From Tetramitus jugosus (lineage: Eukaryota > Protista > Heterolobosea): DNA of 64,000 nucleotides. The stretch lies in the NCBI GenBank assembly GCA_937625935.1, contig OW569377.1, positions 395,823 to 459,822 of the forward strand. The letters are read 5' to 3'. The translations under genes were made by a program, and so were the position numbers. Positions 34,978-44,955 of this stretch are shown here, in pieces; position 1 is the stretch's first letter, and each line of letters begins with the position of its first letter. Below the pieces are notes generated by a model. The model made no database searches. It was not told where the DNA came from and was given only the letters and a program-made list of their open reading frames with translations.

Positions 34978-37900
34978 TTATTCTTCATCGTCAGCAAGCA
35001 TCATTCTCACACTGGAATCAGCATGAACGCAATCAATTGTTTTTGGATCGACCACATGTTCCTCGTTTGTATAGATTTTGTACATGGGTTTGCGCATCAT
35101 TGCTGCAATGTCACCCAACAAAGAAAGCCACTCTTGGGTCATGAACATCAACTTGTTGTTCTTGCTGACCAACTCCTGGATCGGAGAAGCATCTGCTACT
35201 TGATCCTCTGATGTCAGTACCACAGAACCGAACATTACAAGTTTGACGTATTCGTAGACTCGCTCTGCCACAGAAGTATAGCTCTTTTTGCTCTGTGCTA
35301 GCAGCACAGTTTGAACAACAGCACAAGGATTGAGTGCGATTTGATTTTCATCGGTCAAGCGCGTGAACCATTCGGGTAATGGATGATCTGGATGACACGT
35401 CCATATTTTCGTGACGAGTGTGCGGAATGCTTCCTCTTCAACTTTGATCTCTTGATATTCGTTGCCATCATCAAAGAGCATTTTCAGGCTGAATGATTGT
35501 ACTTGAGCTTGAATGAACTCTTGATTCTCATGGTTAAAGTGGAATAACAATGGAACAATACTATCACCAGGCAGTGAAAAGCCCTCCACAGTTCCATCAT
35601 TGTAGTTGACGGAGATGATGGAAGGATTAGAATTATCGAGAGTTAAATTACCATAGCTACGGGTTGGACCAAAGGACGCATTGGCATGCTTGGACTTTGC
35701 CATTTGTTGCTGGGACACACGTTCTCCTAGTTTGGTAAATACATCCTTATTTTTCACTGTCCACTCAGTAACACTGCTAAGTTTGTGTTTAAACGCTGGT
35801 TGCGAAGGTCTAATAACTGCATCACTAGCTTCATTTGCCAGACAAACATACATTCCATTTGATCGATCAAAATCTTGGAGAGTCAAATTGAAAAATGAAT
35901 AGCAACAACCACTCTGAATAAAGTCCCATCCAATAATTCTCGTTTCGCTTTCACGAAGTCGGATTAACAGTATTCTATCATCTGTTGATCCATCAGTTAC
36001 ATATATTTCCTTCACTGTGAATGTAAAGTTGTTCTTTTTTGATGTGTACGACTTTGGCGGTGCTGTCGAGAGAACTACACCTACAAAGTCAAACTGGTGA
36101 TTCATATCTGTGTTTGATAGCTCCGTGATAGATAGTGGGATTCGTTGATAGACATTCAATTTAACTTTCTCTTCATCGCTCATATCTCGTGCTCTCTTGA
36201 TAACACGCCAACACGTCGAACGCGAGGCAGATAATGAAAGATGAATATCCTGACCGCCAGAATAATTGTTCACTTGAAGGTTGTAAATTCGTACTTGGTT
36301 GCCTTCTTCGAATACTTCCATTGCTTCATCCCCTGCGTCATATATTCTAAATATACATTCATTTTGATAAGAATCAATCCGACCATCTTTTTGTCGGTGA
36401 GGGCAACAATCTCTGATCTTGATGTCTAGCGTTCGGGTGACCTCTCTTTGTACTTCGTCCATCTCGCTTTTAATTCGGTCCTCAAGTTCAAGCATCTCTC
36501 TGGCTTGTTGATTGTCAGCGTAGCTCTGATATGCTCTTTGTTGATCAAGAGTTAGCAATGAAAATTCGGCATTTGGATCACCATGCTTTTGCAGGGCTTT
36601 ATACAAGGAATATCCATCAGTTAATGTTTTCAAAGTAGCTCTCGACACAGGTTTCCATCTTTGTCTCTCCTCTCGCTTCTCTTGCTCCATTTCCTTTATA
36701 ACATCTTGAGCAATTTTTTCTCGACTAATACTCTCTCGCTCTTCTACTAGTCTAGATGCTTCTATTTCTGCTCTGTCAGAGCGAATAATGTTCGGCAAGT
36801 TTTGAGCTTTCCTCTTTTCCATGTGAAGCACAGGAAATCTCTTCTGTACGACGATATCGAGACAAGGAATACCACCTCCCTCTTTATGAATAGACTTGAT
36901 GTTCACCCTAAAGTTCTCTTGACATTGGAATCCCAAAGGTGCGTCCCATCTTGCCTTCCTAACACCATTAATGTGCAATAGTAAGTACATGGAAGATGTA
37001 ATCTCTAAGGGTGGTACACCATTATCTGCTCCGACTATTTGAGTACCACATAGGCGAAGTTTTTGACCTTCAACCAGCTTTCCAAAATTTCTGAGTCTCA
37101 ATAGGGGATCATCAAGCTTGGCTAATATGCTGTACCAGCCATCTGTAAGTTCAATCATGTAATCATCCAAGTCTGAATTCGTGCGCATTGACATTGGTGG
37201 GGAGAGTGATGCGACACAGAGAACCATATATGGCTGAGGTGTCGCATCCTTTTCAGTAATTTTTGCAATTGAAGATCGCTTACCAGTACAGTACTCACGA
37301 TCATATCTAAAGATAAGCTGTGATAGTGTCTGCTCTGGTGTCAGAAATTTCGAAGCACACTTGGTTGAAAATCGACGTTCATATGAAGCCAACTTCCATA
37401 CTATCCATCTAAAGTGATTTTGGACCCACAGATTTGTCACTATGTGCTCCGCAGCTCCCAAATGCAATAACAAGAGTCTAAATGTCTTAAATCCAATGGA
37501 TGCACTAGTGTTAGTTGGGAAAGAACTTGACCCTGAATCATGGTCACATTTGAAGTTCTTATTGTTTTGAGCCTCTTCAATAAGACTTAAAAAGTTCGAG
37601 GACACAGAGAACGATGCATCAAACCGAAAATCTTGAGCAGATTGGCTCGTCATGTAAAGAATCTTTTGGTTGACTTGAGTCAGTGCGAGAGAATACAGAG
37701 ATTTGGCATCTTGAGCGCTTGCAAGATTAGATAATCTTATCTTATTGGCTCGACCTGGCTTCTTAACATTAAGCCAACTTGGTGCTGTAATTTTTAGTGA
37801 GGATGGCTTGACCGGAGCAGGAGCTGGTGTTCGACCTAGATTAACTCTTGGCGCTCCAGGCGTCAAGGGTGGTGTCACAGGTGTGGCAACCTTGAAAGGT

Positions 37901-40152
37901 GTGACAAACTTGTTTCTCTTGTGTGTCAATGCACTCTTATTGGGAGTCACAAATTCAGGTGATTTCTTCCCTGGTGTTTGCTGAGAAGGGCTCGATACAT
38001 CAGATCGGACCGGTGTGTTGGCAGAGGGAGTAACTCTACGTGGTCGTGCACCAAGGATAGATTTAGTTACTGGAGTACCCACCTTCCGAGTTTGAGAAGA
38101 TGATATCACTTGTTGTTGTGTGCCTGATGCATTACATGGGAGTTCCTTGTTTGGGGATGATCCTGTCACCATCAACGATTGTTGTTTCTCAACCGTCTCT
38201 TTCTTTCCAGTACCACTGTCGGATTCATCCTTTTTCGGGGCCAATCTCCTCTCTGCAGCCTTCAGTTTTTCAGCAGAAAAGTCCAGCTTCTTCCCACGTC
38301 CCGAGGAAAACAGACTTCCAATGTCAGTCACTGGTGGTCTACTCTCAGGTCCTCTTGTCTGAATAGAGGATGCATCGTCATTGATCGTTGATAATCTCGT
38401 CTCTGTCTCTTGTTGCTCTTCAACTGTCTGCTCTCGACTACTGGAGGCAGGAGATTCACTATCCTTACTTGTTACCTTCGATATCTCCTCAGATTTTTTT
38501 TTCTTACTCAACAAGCTCTCTGCCTTGTTCAACTTTTCTGAGGAAAGTGCAATTGACTTTCCCCTCGCTGAAGCGAATAAAGAAAAACCACCTCCTTTGC
38601 TTGGTTTCTCTGTCTCCAGTGACATCAATGATTGGTCCTTCTCTAATTCACTCTTCCCATTTGTTACATCAGATACATCATCAGAGTTATTCTTTTTCTT
38701 ACTCAACAAGCTTTCAGCTTTGTTCAATTTTTCTGAAGAAAGTGCAATTGACTTTCCCCTGGCTGAGGCAAACAAAGAAAAACCACTTCCGCTTCTTGGT
38801 TTCTCTGTCTCCAATTCCGGCAATAGATGTGCCTGCTCTACGTCACTATTCGTATTTGGTACCTTCGATATCTCCTCAGATTTCTTTTTCTTACTCAACA
38901 AGCTCTCTGCCTTGTTCAACTTTTCTGAGGAAAGTGCAATTGACTTTCCCCTCGCTGAAGCAAATAAAGAAAAACCACTTCCATTGCTTGGTTTCTCTGT
39001 CTCCAGTGGCATCAATGATTGTGCCTTCTGTAACGTCTCACTAGAAAAAGATAACGACCTCCCAGTAGCAGAACGAAACAGGGACGAAATATCATCGCTA
39101 TCAGCGCCAATCGAGGATATGATAATCTCTTGTGGTTGTTGTACATGGGTATCGTATTGATCGTTATGGTCATTAAGGTCAGTTTCGAACTCGCCCAGCT
39201 TGTTTCTCTTGCTCATGTGTACAGGAGATGAATCTTCATTTTCGTGTTCTACCCTTGTTCTTTTTCTGTTCTTTGAGCTACTACTTGCGGCATTGGTATT
39301 ACTCTCCACTTCTGTCTCCATACGAATCACTTCCATCGCATTGTTGTATCTATTCACTTCGCTATGTACACTAAGACTCTCTTCACTATCAACATTAGAT
39401 TTCGCACCTGGGATGTTCCCCTCTTGAGATGTTTGTTGTTGACTAAATTGACTCATCATATCTAACAAGTCAGATAATGCTCCACCTCCACCATTCTGTG
39501 TTGAAGTCTGACTACTGCTGGTGCTGCATTGTGATAGAGGTTGTTGAACATTACTGATTGTTGGTTGATCACTATGATTATTATTACTCTCATCAGTAGT
39601 TGTTTGTCTGCTATGAGTGAAATTGGTACTCTTGTTGGCCTTATTCTTTGTTAACAAACTCTGAGCTTGATTCAACTTTTCCGAAGACAATGTGATCGTT
39701 TTTCCCCGAGCAGATGTAAACAAAGAAAATCCACCAATACTACCACCACCATTAGTGAGGTTTTTATCTGTATCGAATGTGTCCAATGATTGTATCGTCA
39801 ATGGGGCATCATCTGCCTTCTTCGAAATTGTGATACAAACTTTTGATTGTTTAACAGGCGGATCAACAACAACAATTTGTTCGTTGTTATTATTATCATC
39901 TGTGTCATCAATGACTCTATCATCATCATCACTAATTTCTTCATTGTTGTTATCAGTATTATGGATCACTAGTGGTTCAATGACATTTAACACTGGTTGA
40001 CTCGGTGGTTCCTCCATAACAATGTCATCATCATCGCTCGATTCGTCATCCTCCAACAAAATGACAATATTTTTGGATTGTTCCGAGGTAGTGTATTGAA
40101 TTGGTTGCTGCTCTGTATCATCAATGTCTATAATGATTGGATCGTTGCGCAT
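34978..40152 (-). CDS. BRCA2: BRCA2 homologue (about 6 BRC repeats, helical domain, OB folds, tower)
   Basis: FxSAxGK-type BRC repeats; WVQNHFRWIVWKLASYERRF, IELTDGWYSI, ARWDAPLGF. First ATG at 40152. Confidence 0.93.
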   Translation of the reverse strand: MRNDPIIIDIDDTEQQPIQYTTSEQSKNIVILLEDDESSDDDDIVMEEPPSQPVLNVIEPLVIHNTDNNNEEISDDDDRVIDDTDDNNNNEQIVVVDPPVKQSKVCITISKKADDAPLTIQSLDTFDTDKNLTNGGGSIGGFSLFTSARGKTITLSSEKLNQAQSLLTKNKANKSTNFTHSRQTTTDESNNNHSDQPTISNVQQPLSQCSTSSSQTSTQNGGGGALSDLLDMMSQFSQQQTSQEGNIPGAKSNVDSEESLSVHSEVNRYNNAMEVIRMETEVESNTNAASSSSKNRKRTRVEHENEDSSPVHMSKRNKLGEFETDLNDHNDQYDTHVQQPQEIIISSIGADSDDISSLFRSATGRSLSFSSETLQKAQSLMPLETEKPSNGSGFSLFASARGKSIALSSEKLNKAESLLSKKKKSEEISKVPNTNSDVEQAHLLPELETEKPRSGSGFSLFASARGKSIALSSEKLNKAESLLSKKKNNSDDVSDVTNGKSELEKDQSLMSLETEKPSKGGGFSLFASARGKSIALSSEKLNKAESLLSKKKKSEEISKVTSKDSESPASSSREQTVEEQQETETRLSTINDDASSIQTRGPESRPPVTDIGSLFSSGRGKKLDFSAEKLKAAERRLAPKKDESDSGTGKKETVEKQQSLMVTGSSPNKELPCNASGTQQQVISSSQTRKVGTPVTKSILGARPRRVTPSANTPVRSDVSSPSQQTPGKKSPEFVTPNKSALTHKRNKFVTPFKVATPVTPPLTPGAPRVNLGRTPAPAPVKPSSLKITAPSWLNVKKPGRANKIRLSNLASAQDAKSLYSLALTQVNQKILYMTSQSAQDFRFDASFSVSSNFLSLIEEAQNNKNFKCDHDSGSSSFPTNTSASIGFKTFRLLLLHLGAAEHIVTNLWVQNHFRWIVWKLASYERRFSTKCASKFLTPEQTLSQLIFRYDREYCTGKRSSIAKITEKDATPQPYMVLCVASLSPPMSMRTNSDLDDYMIELTDGWYSILAKLDDPLLRLRNFGKLVEGQKLRLCGTQIVGADNGVPPLEITSSMYLLLHINGVRKARWDAPLGFQCQENFRVNIKSIHKEGGGIPCLDIVVQKRFPVLHMEKRKAQNLPNIIRSDRAEIEASRLVEERESISREKIAQDVIKEMEQEKREERQRWKPVSRATLKTLTDGYSLYKALQKHGDPNAEFSLLTLDQQRAYQSYADNQQAREMLELEDRIKSEMDEVQREVTRTLDIKIRDCCPHRQKDGRIDSYQNECIFRIYDAGDEAMEVFEEGNQVRIYNLQVNNYSGGQDIHLSLSASRSTCWRVIKRARDMSDEEKVKLNVYQRIPLSITELSNTDMNHQFDFVGVVLSTAPPKSYTSKKNNFTFTVKEIYVTDGSTDDRILLIRLRESETRIIGWDFIQSGCCYSFFNLTLQDFDRSNGMYVCLANEASDAVIRPSQPAFKHKLSSVTEWTVKNKDVFTKLGERVSQQQMAKSKHANASFGPTRSYGNLTLDNSNPSIISVNYNDGTVEGFSLPGDSIVPLLFHFNHENQEFIQAQVQSFSLKMLFDDGNEYQEIKVEEEAFRTLVTKIWTCHPDHPLPEWFTRLTDENQIALNPCAVVQTVLLAQSKKSYTSVAERVYEYVKLVMFGSVVLTSEDQVADASPIQELVSKNNKLMFMTQEWLSLLGDIAAMMRKPMYKIYTNEEHVVDPKTIDCVHADSSVRMMLADDEE
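38473..39020. repeat. Three near-identical nucleotide copies of a BRC-repeat unit in BRCA2
   Basis: Units at about 38473-38632, 38690-38812 and 38860-39020; first and third offset by 387 bp. Confidence 0.85.
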
Positions 40153-40439
40153 GTTGTTTGTTGGTTTTTGTTGTTCGGGTTTCTCCTCAAAAATTCCACA
40201 AAAATTTAGAAAAAACTCGAACTTCACACGTGTCGGGAATTGTGAAGCAACTCAGTGCTGAACAAGAGATTAAGGTTTCGCAGTCGTCTTATGCTCGGCA
40301 GTAGCTTCTCTCTTCCCATTCGTGCAATGCATGAACAAGCAGCACCAAAAAGAAAAAGAGTTGTAAATTATTCGTTTAACGGATTTATTATCTCCGACTC
40401 CGACAGCTCACAAACGCAGAACTGAGTTAGAACGATATT

Positions 40440-41474
40440 TTAGGTGATCAGCTTATCTGTGAGAGGCAGAGATTCATAAGAACTCCTTCTTCCTTTGTAA
40501 ATGCAAAATGCTGTAATAATCAAGCCTATGCCTACCAGTAGCGCACCAACAAGACCCAGAGCTATACATACTACTATCACAGTTGGGAGATTGCCATTCT
40601 TTTCCTGAGGACCAGATTTCTCTATGGTTAAGATTTGAGGAAGGTATGCATAGTAACCATTGTTTACTTTGCCAGGTAGCTCTACTCCCACATTTACGAT
40701 GTATTGACCATTGCTCGTAACATGCTTTGCTAAATCTACTGAAGTATCAGATACAGATACCTTCAAGGCACTTTTAGGAGCCATCAGTAAACCACATTCA
40801 CAACCCATATTATTCTCCTGAGGAGACAATTTCTCAATGTAGATTGTGTATTTAGGCTTGGTAATTGATAAGATCTTTTTGCACTTTGAAGTATCAATGG
40901 GATCACCATATTCGCAGTATTCAGGAGCCCTCCATGCCAAGTTGAGCTTTGAAGCTGATATGGATTTGGAATTCAAAAATGTCCCTTGGACGTTACTGGT
41001 ACCAGCAGTTCTGAATACAACCTGTACTGTTGCTTGGTCCATGCTTGAGTCCGTGAGTGCAACTCCGTAAAAGAATACTTTCTTATCGTTAGAGGTTGTT
41101 CTGCCAAATGAGAGTGTTCCTTGCCCAGCTTTACCCAAGGTGCTATATTGCTTGTTTTGAAAAGATTTCTCATCTGGGAACCATGAGTCACTGCCATCAT
41201 CACAACCGGCTGTTCCTGTTAGGCATGCAGACGAGTATGCAGTAATTTTGCCACCAGTGCAACTAGAGAACAATACTTCGAAAGCTTGAATTTCATTGGT
41301 ACGATACACTTGCAATCTGAAGAAGGAAATTGGTTTAGCTTTACTGAGAGTTAGGCGATATGGACGATCTGCAACTAATTGAGGTTCATATTTCTTCTGA
41401 GCACCATAAGAAACTACGGTGAGAGAGAGGAGAAGAACGAATGAGAGAAGACACAGAAGTGTTTGTCTTGACAT
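40440..41474 (-). CDS. Type I single-pass membrane protein
   Basis: Signal peptide, Cys-containing ectodomain, TM helix (VIVVCIALGLVGALLVGIGLII), short tail with YESL motif. Confidence 0.8.
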   Translation of the reverse strand: MSRQTLLCLLSFVLLLSLTVVSYGAQKKYEPQLVADRPYRLTLSKAKPISFFRLQVYRTNEIQAFEVLFSSCTGGKITAYSSACLTGTAGCDDGSDSWFPDEKSFQNKQYSTLGKAGQGTLSFGRTTSNDKKVFFYGVALTDSSMDQATVQVVFRTAGTSNVQGTFLNSKSISASKLNLAWRAPEYCEYGDPIDTSKCKKILSITKPKYTIYIEKLSPQENNMGCECGLLMAPKSALKVSVSDTSVDLAKHVTSNGQYIVNVGVELPGKVNNGYYAYLPQILTIEKSGPQEKNGNLPTVIVVCIALGLVGALLVGIGLIITAFCIYKGRRSSYESLPLTDKLIT

Positions 41475-41770
41475 TATTGGTTGGTAGGTTTGTTTGTTGG
41501 ATGGTCTTGGAATTCAATATTGAATATTGAATAACTTTTAATTGCAGGGAAGGGAGGGGTGCAAGGTGTAGTTTCCAATACAGTGGTAGACAAGTCCACA
41601 GTCGAGTTTGCAAGGGGGCAGCTTTTTGAAACATAAAAGAGAGTTGGTGGGGAGTAATGCAAGTTGTCAACTTCAAGTGCAGCGCTCCAGATTTGAGACC
41701 AACCGGAATTTTTGGCACTTTCGACAGCGTTTTCGGGAAAATGGGAGTGACCCCCTTCCCTGCATGCATG

Positions 41771-41885
41771 TGAATGATATATTGGCTTAAGGTGGCGGTC
41801 TACTGTCGATCAAGCCATAATAAAAAAATTATGGTTTCCCGATAACGCTCCTACATAATCGGGATTTACATAGCAGCTTGATGGA
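41771..41885 (-). ncRNA. Putative Fanzor omega-RNA (scaffold in the element 3' end, guide from flanking DNA); boundaries approximate
   Basis: Stem-loops ccataat/attatgg (41815-41834) and tcccgat/atcggga (41837-41864), and an alternative long-range pairing atcaagc/gcttgat (41809-41815 / 41876-41882). All lie between the end of the Fanzor ORF and the TIR, where TnpB/Fanzor omega-RNAs are encoded. Confidence 0.6.
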
Positions 41886-43779
41886 GTGAGCCTTGGAGGT
41901 GTTCCACCATTTTGATTAATTCTTTTGCGACCTTTTTCTTCCTCTTGAAGGCATCGGGACGTGACTGTCCATCCATTTCTGTTCTCAGTAGATGGAGCAT
42001 GTTCTTGGCCGCATTGATGTCTCTGTTGTGAGTCACTAAACATTTAGTGGTTGCACACTGTTTAACTCCACGGACGACAGAGACATTCAACGTTCCATTC
42101 TTGTCTACTCTCTTATGCTTGACTGGCTTCATGTGAGAATGGCAATGATGACATTTCTGACTTGTCATGAACTCGTCGATCATTTTCACTTTGAAGTGCT
42201 CATTCAACTTTTTCAATAGCTTTCCTTTTGGTGTTGGAGCATGTCCTTTGTAACAATGACCAAAACCAGCATTGCCCATCCCAATTAACATGCTTCTTCC
42301 ATTTGTTCTCTTTCGAAAGTCATTCATAACATTGGCAATCGTCTTATCTCTCATTATATAGCTATCCCAATTCAGTCTCTTCACCTTTGGGGTGCAATAA
42401 AAATTCAACAAATCATCCTCGACTTTCAATACAGAATTGATGTGTTCAAGGAACAGACCACTTGTTGGTACACCGGCCTGTTTGATTGAATTTTGGAGTT
42501 CATCCAAGTTCTTCTCATTCATTTCGTTCCATTCTGCTTTGTATTTCAACAATCGCTTGGAGTTTTTTGAATGGTGGGACAGATGTCTATATGTTTTGTT
42601 AGACAACTCCCACTTCTTGCCATCTGAATCAACACAACTCACCAACGTAACAATACCCGGGTCAATCCCAACCAAATATTCAGCACCTTCGTTCATACTT
42701 GTTTCTTTCTTTCTCTTCTTTGCTTCTTTCTGGCCCTTGGATTCCTTTGCCTTATTGTTCTTGTGATTGCCAACGAGTTGATGTCTGATAACAACAGAGG
42801 CCTGAATACCGTCAGTTCTGATTGAGTCGATTTGAATCTTCTTTGTTCCAACATTCAAACACTTGAGATTACACTTCAATTCAGTTGACTCATCGCCCTT
42901 CTTTTGTCTTCCTTGTTTCTTCTGTTTAAGCATATCAACTAATTCCTTTGTGCCAATCTCCATACACCTGCACTTGAAATGAGACAAAGGAAGTAGTGCA
43001 AACGATTTCATATCATTGTTGATCAGAAATTGTTGAACATGCCAGTAAAACTTCAGCATGTTATTGATGTTGTTGTTCACAAATGATTCATCAATTACTT
43101 CATCAGTTTTAGCACCAACAAGTGCTCGAACCTCTCGGATCAACACAGGAATCGTCTCTATCAACTCTTTTGGAGGCAATTTGATAAAATCATGGACAGG
43201 AGTGCTAAATGTCAACCTTCTGATAATGTATTCAACAACCCTTCTTTGTTCTGACTTTGGAATAGATGAGTCACTGTGTAGTTGATTCATTCTGACCCTC
43301 AGATACTTCCTCAGTCTTGGTTCCAATGTGAACTTGAGCATGTTGGAGATGTTGACATTGAGAGACCTGGCAACATAATTGATGGACGTGGCAAAACTCT
43401 GATAAATCTTTCTGAGCTTGACTACTACATCGTCCATGTTGACAGACTCGTTGATGAGAATTACGTTATTGTCTCTTGGTTTTGAATTGCGTCCAAACAA
43501 CACAGAACCTAATCTTTGAAGAAACACTTGATCTAATAAAGGGATTTGATAGTTAGACTCCAAATGTCTCAAAACGAATATGTTTATAAATCTTGTGAGT
43601 CGAAGAGCAATCCTTGTAATCTCCAGAGCTTGAGTTTGTATGATTGGTAACAGAGTTGGATGATGCAACAATAGAGACTTCAGACCGACCTTGACCACGT
43701 AATGTGATGAGTATTCATCCTTTTTGACAGTCTCTCTCTTTCTCTTTCTCTTGCCGTCCTTCGGCACGCCTCGTGGCAT
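41866..43779 (-). CDS. Fanzor1 (eukaryotic TnpB-like RNA-guided DNA endonuclease), 637 aa
   Basis: RuvC-I VGIDPG (D373); GxGNAGF..KGHAPTP; rearranged RuvC-II IDEFMTSQKC (E536); Zn finger CHHC...CATTKC; RuvC-III NRDINAAKNM (D587); N-terminal NLS KRKRKR; no introns. Confidence 0.92.
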   Translation of the reverse strand: MPRGVPKDGKRKRKRETVKKDEYSSHYVVKVGLKSLLLHHPTLLPIIQTQALEITRIALRLTRFINIFVLRHLESNYQIPLLDQVFLQRLGSVLFGRNSKPRDNNVILINESVNMDDVVVKLRKIYQSFATSINYVARSLNVNISNMLKFTLEPRLRKYLRVRMNQLHSDSSIPKSEQRRVVEYIIRRLTFSTPVHDFIKLPPKELIETIPVLIREVRALVGAKTDEVIDESFVNNNINNMLKFYWHVQQFLINNDMKSFALLPLSHFKCRCMEIGTKELVDMLKQKKQGRQKKGDESTELKCNLKCLNVGTKKIQIDSIRTDGIQASVVIRHQLVGNHKNNKAKESKGQKEAKKRKKETSMNEGAEYLVGIDPGIVTLVSCVDSDGKKWELSNKTYRHLSHHSKNSKRLLKYKAEWNEMNEKNLDELQNSIKQAGVPTSGLFLEHINSVLKVEDDLLNFYCTPKVKRLNWDSYIMRDKTIANVMNDFRKRTNGRSMLIGMGNAGFGHCYKGHAPTPKGKLLKKLNEHFKVKMIDEFMTSQKCHHCHSHMKPVKHKRVDKNGTLNVSVVRGVKQCATTKCLVTHNRDINAAKNMLHLLRTEMDGQSRPDAFKRKKKVAKELIKMVEHLQGSLHQAAM

Positions 43780-44097
43780 GATGTTATTGTATTTGTTGTG
43801 TGTTGTATTTGTTGTGTGAGTTGAATCAAACAGCGAAAAAGACAGCGCTTTTTAAACCGAGGTAGATGGCCGTTGTCGTTGTAAAGACAGTCTCAACGGA
43901 AATTGTTACAACTGCACCAATTCCGCAGCTTAGAGGAAACTGATACAACATTTATTGTATTTTTTTATAATATATCCACCTATCTATCCAATCTTGAACC
44001 AAACGAAAAACTTTCTCTCTGACACGACAACAACAACGAAAAACACAAGTCGCACAACGAACATCAACAACAACAACAACCAAATCAATCAAAAAAG

Positions 44098-44195
44098 ATG
44101 GAGAGTCGACAAGAGGTGTCTTTTTGCAGCATTTGATCTCTGGTGTTGGCAAGTTGTTGAGTGCTGAGAGAGCGAGTCTGTTCCTTATTCTCTAG
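44098..44195 (+). pseudogene. Captured 5' fragment of a GAF-domain-like gene
   Basis: An A/C-rich leader and ATG, then after a frameshift FLQHLISGVGKLLSAERASLFLI, resembling the GAF 'LLxAERxSLFL' motif. Confidence 0.45.
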
Positions 44196-44204
44196 ATTTG
44201 GTTA

Positions 44205-44955
44205 TTAAATAGCAATCTCGGCATACTTTTCAGAATCACTCCTCTTCTTGGATCTCAAATAGTTGATAGTGTTGCGATAGAAGACATTGGTTGGTGCAAA
44301 GACATCATCAGGAGTCTCCTCTTCTTCAATCTTTGAGATATTGTCAGCGATTAGATCAATGAGACCGTTAATGTACTCGGCAGTCACCTTGTCATTGTCC
44401 TTGTCAAAGTGATAAGCGTACACGTTCAAAATGTCAACAAACAATGGAATTTGTTGTGCAGGCATGCATGCCTTGACAATCTTCAACGACCATTGCAAGC
44501 ATTCAAGTGCCTTTGAACTGTTCTGAAGCTCTTCGTTATTCACGAACGGCCAGAACAGATGAGAGCAAGTGAAGGCAGCTCTGCACTGATCAGGCTTCCT
44601 CAATAGCTTGGATGAGTATTGGCAGGTCTTTGTGGACAATGTGTCATAGTTTTCGCATCTCACAATGCTCAGTGCAATAAACTTTCTCTGTTCATATCCA
44701 AGAGAATGAATAATATCACCATACTTCTCCAACTTCAAAACTGTTAGCACATTGTTGTATGACTCGAGTGGCACCAACAACAATCGCTTCAACATGTCTA
44801 CAATTTCATCTGAAGCAAGTGCAGTGCTATTCAATTGACTAGCAATGTTATTAATAATCTTGTTGACATAGTCAGTGTTATCAGGATATGTTTGAAGAGC
44901 AAGTGTCATCAATGAGATCTGAATACTCAAGTTATCGGACAATTCAACACCTCTC
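44205..44955 (-). pseudogene. VPS35: Captured, internally deleted VPS35 (retromer) fragment
   Basis: SIQISLMTLALQTYPDNTDYVNK..LLVPLESYNNVLTVLKL (middle of VPS35) is fused directly to ENYDTL..SKLLRKPDQCRA..CSHLFW..LECLQ..LFVDILN (C-terminal VPS35). No ATG at the 5' end of the fragment, and a stop lies just upstream. Confidence 0.85.

Noticed and set aside
41866-43779. Bacterial IS200/IS605 TnpB or Cas12 from contamination
   Set aside because: It is embedded between eukaryotic genes, has an NLS and TIR/TTAA ends, and has no TnpA or CRISPR array.
43849-43872. Possible internal second left end (ttttaaaccgaggtagatggcc) just upstream of Fanzor
   Set aside because: Only a partial match to the TIR and no TTAA on the outer side.
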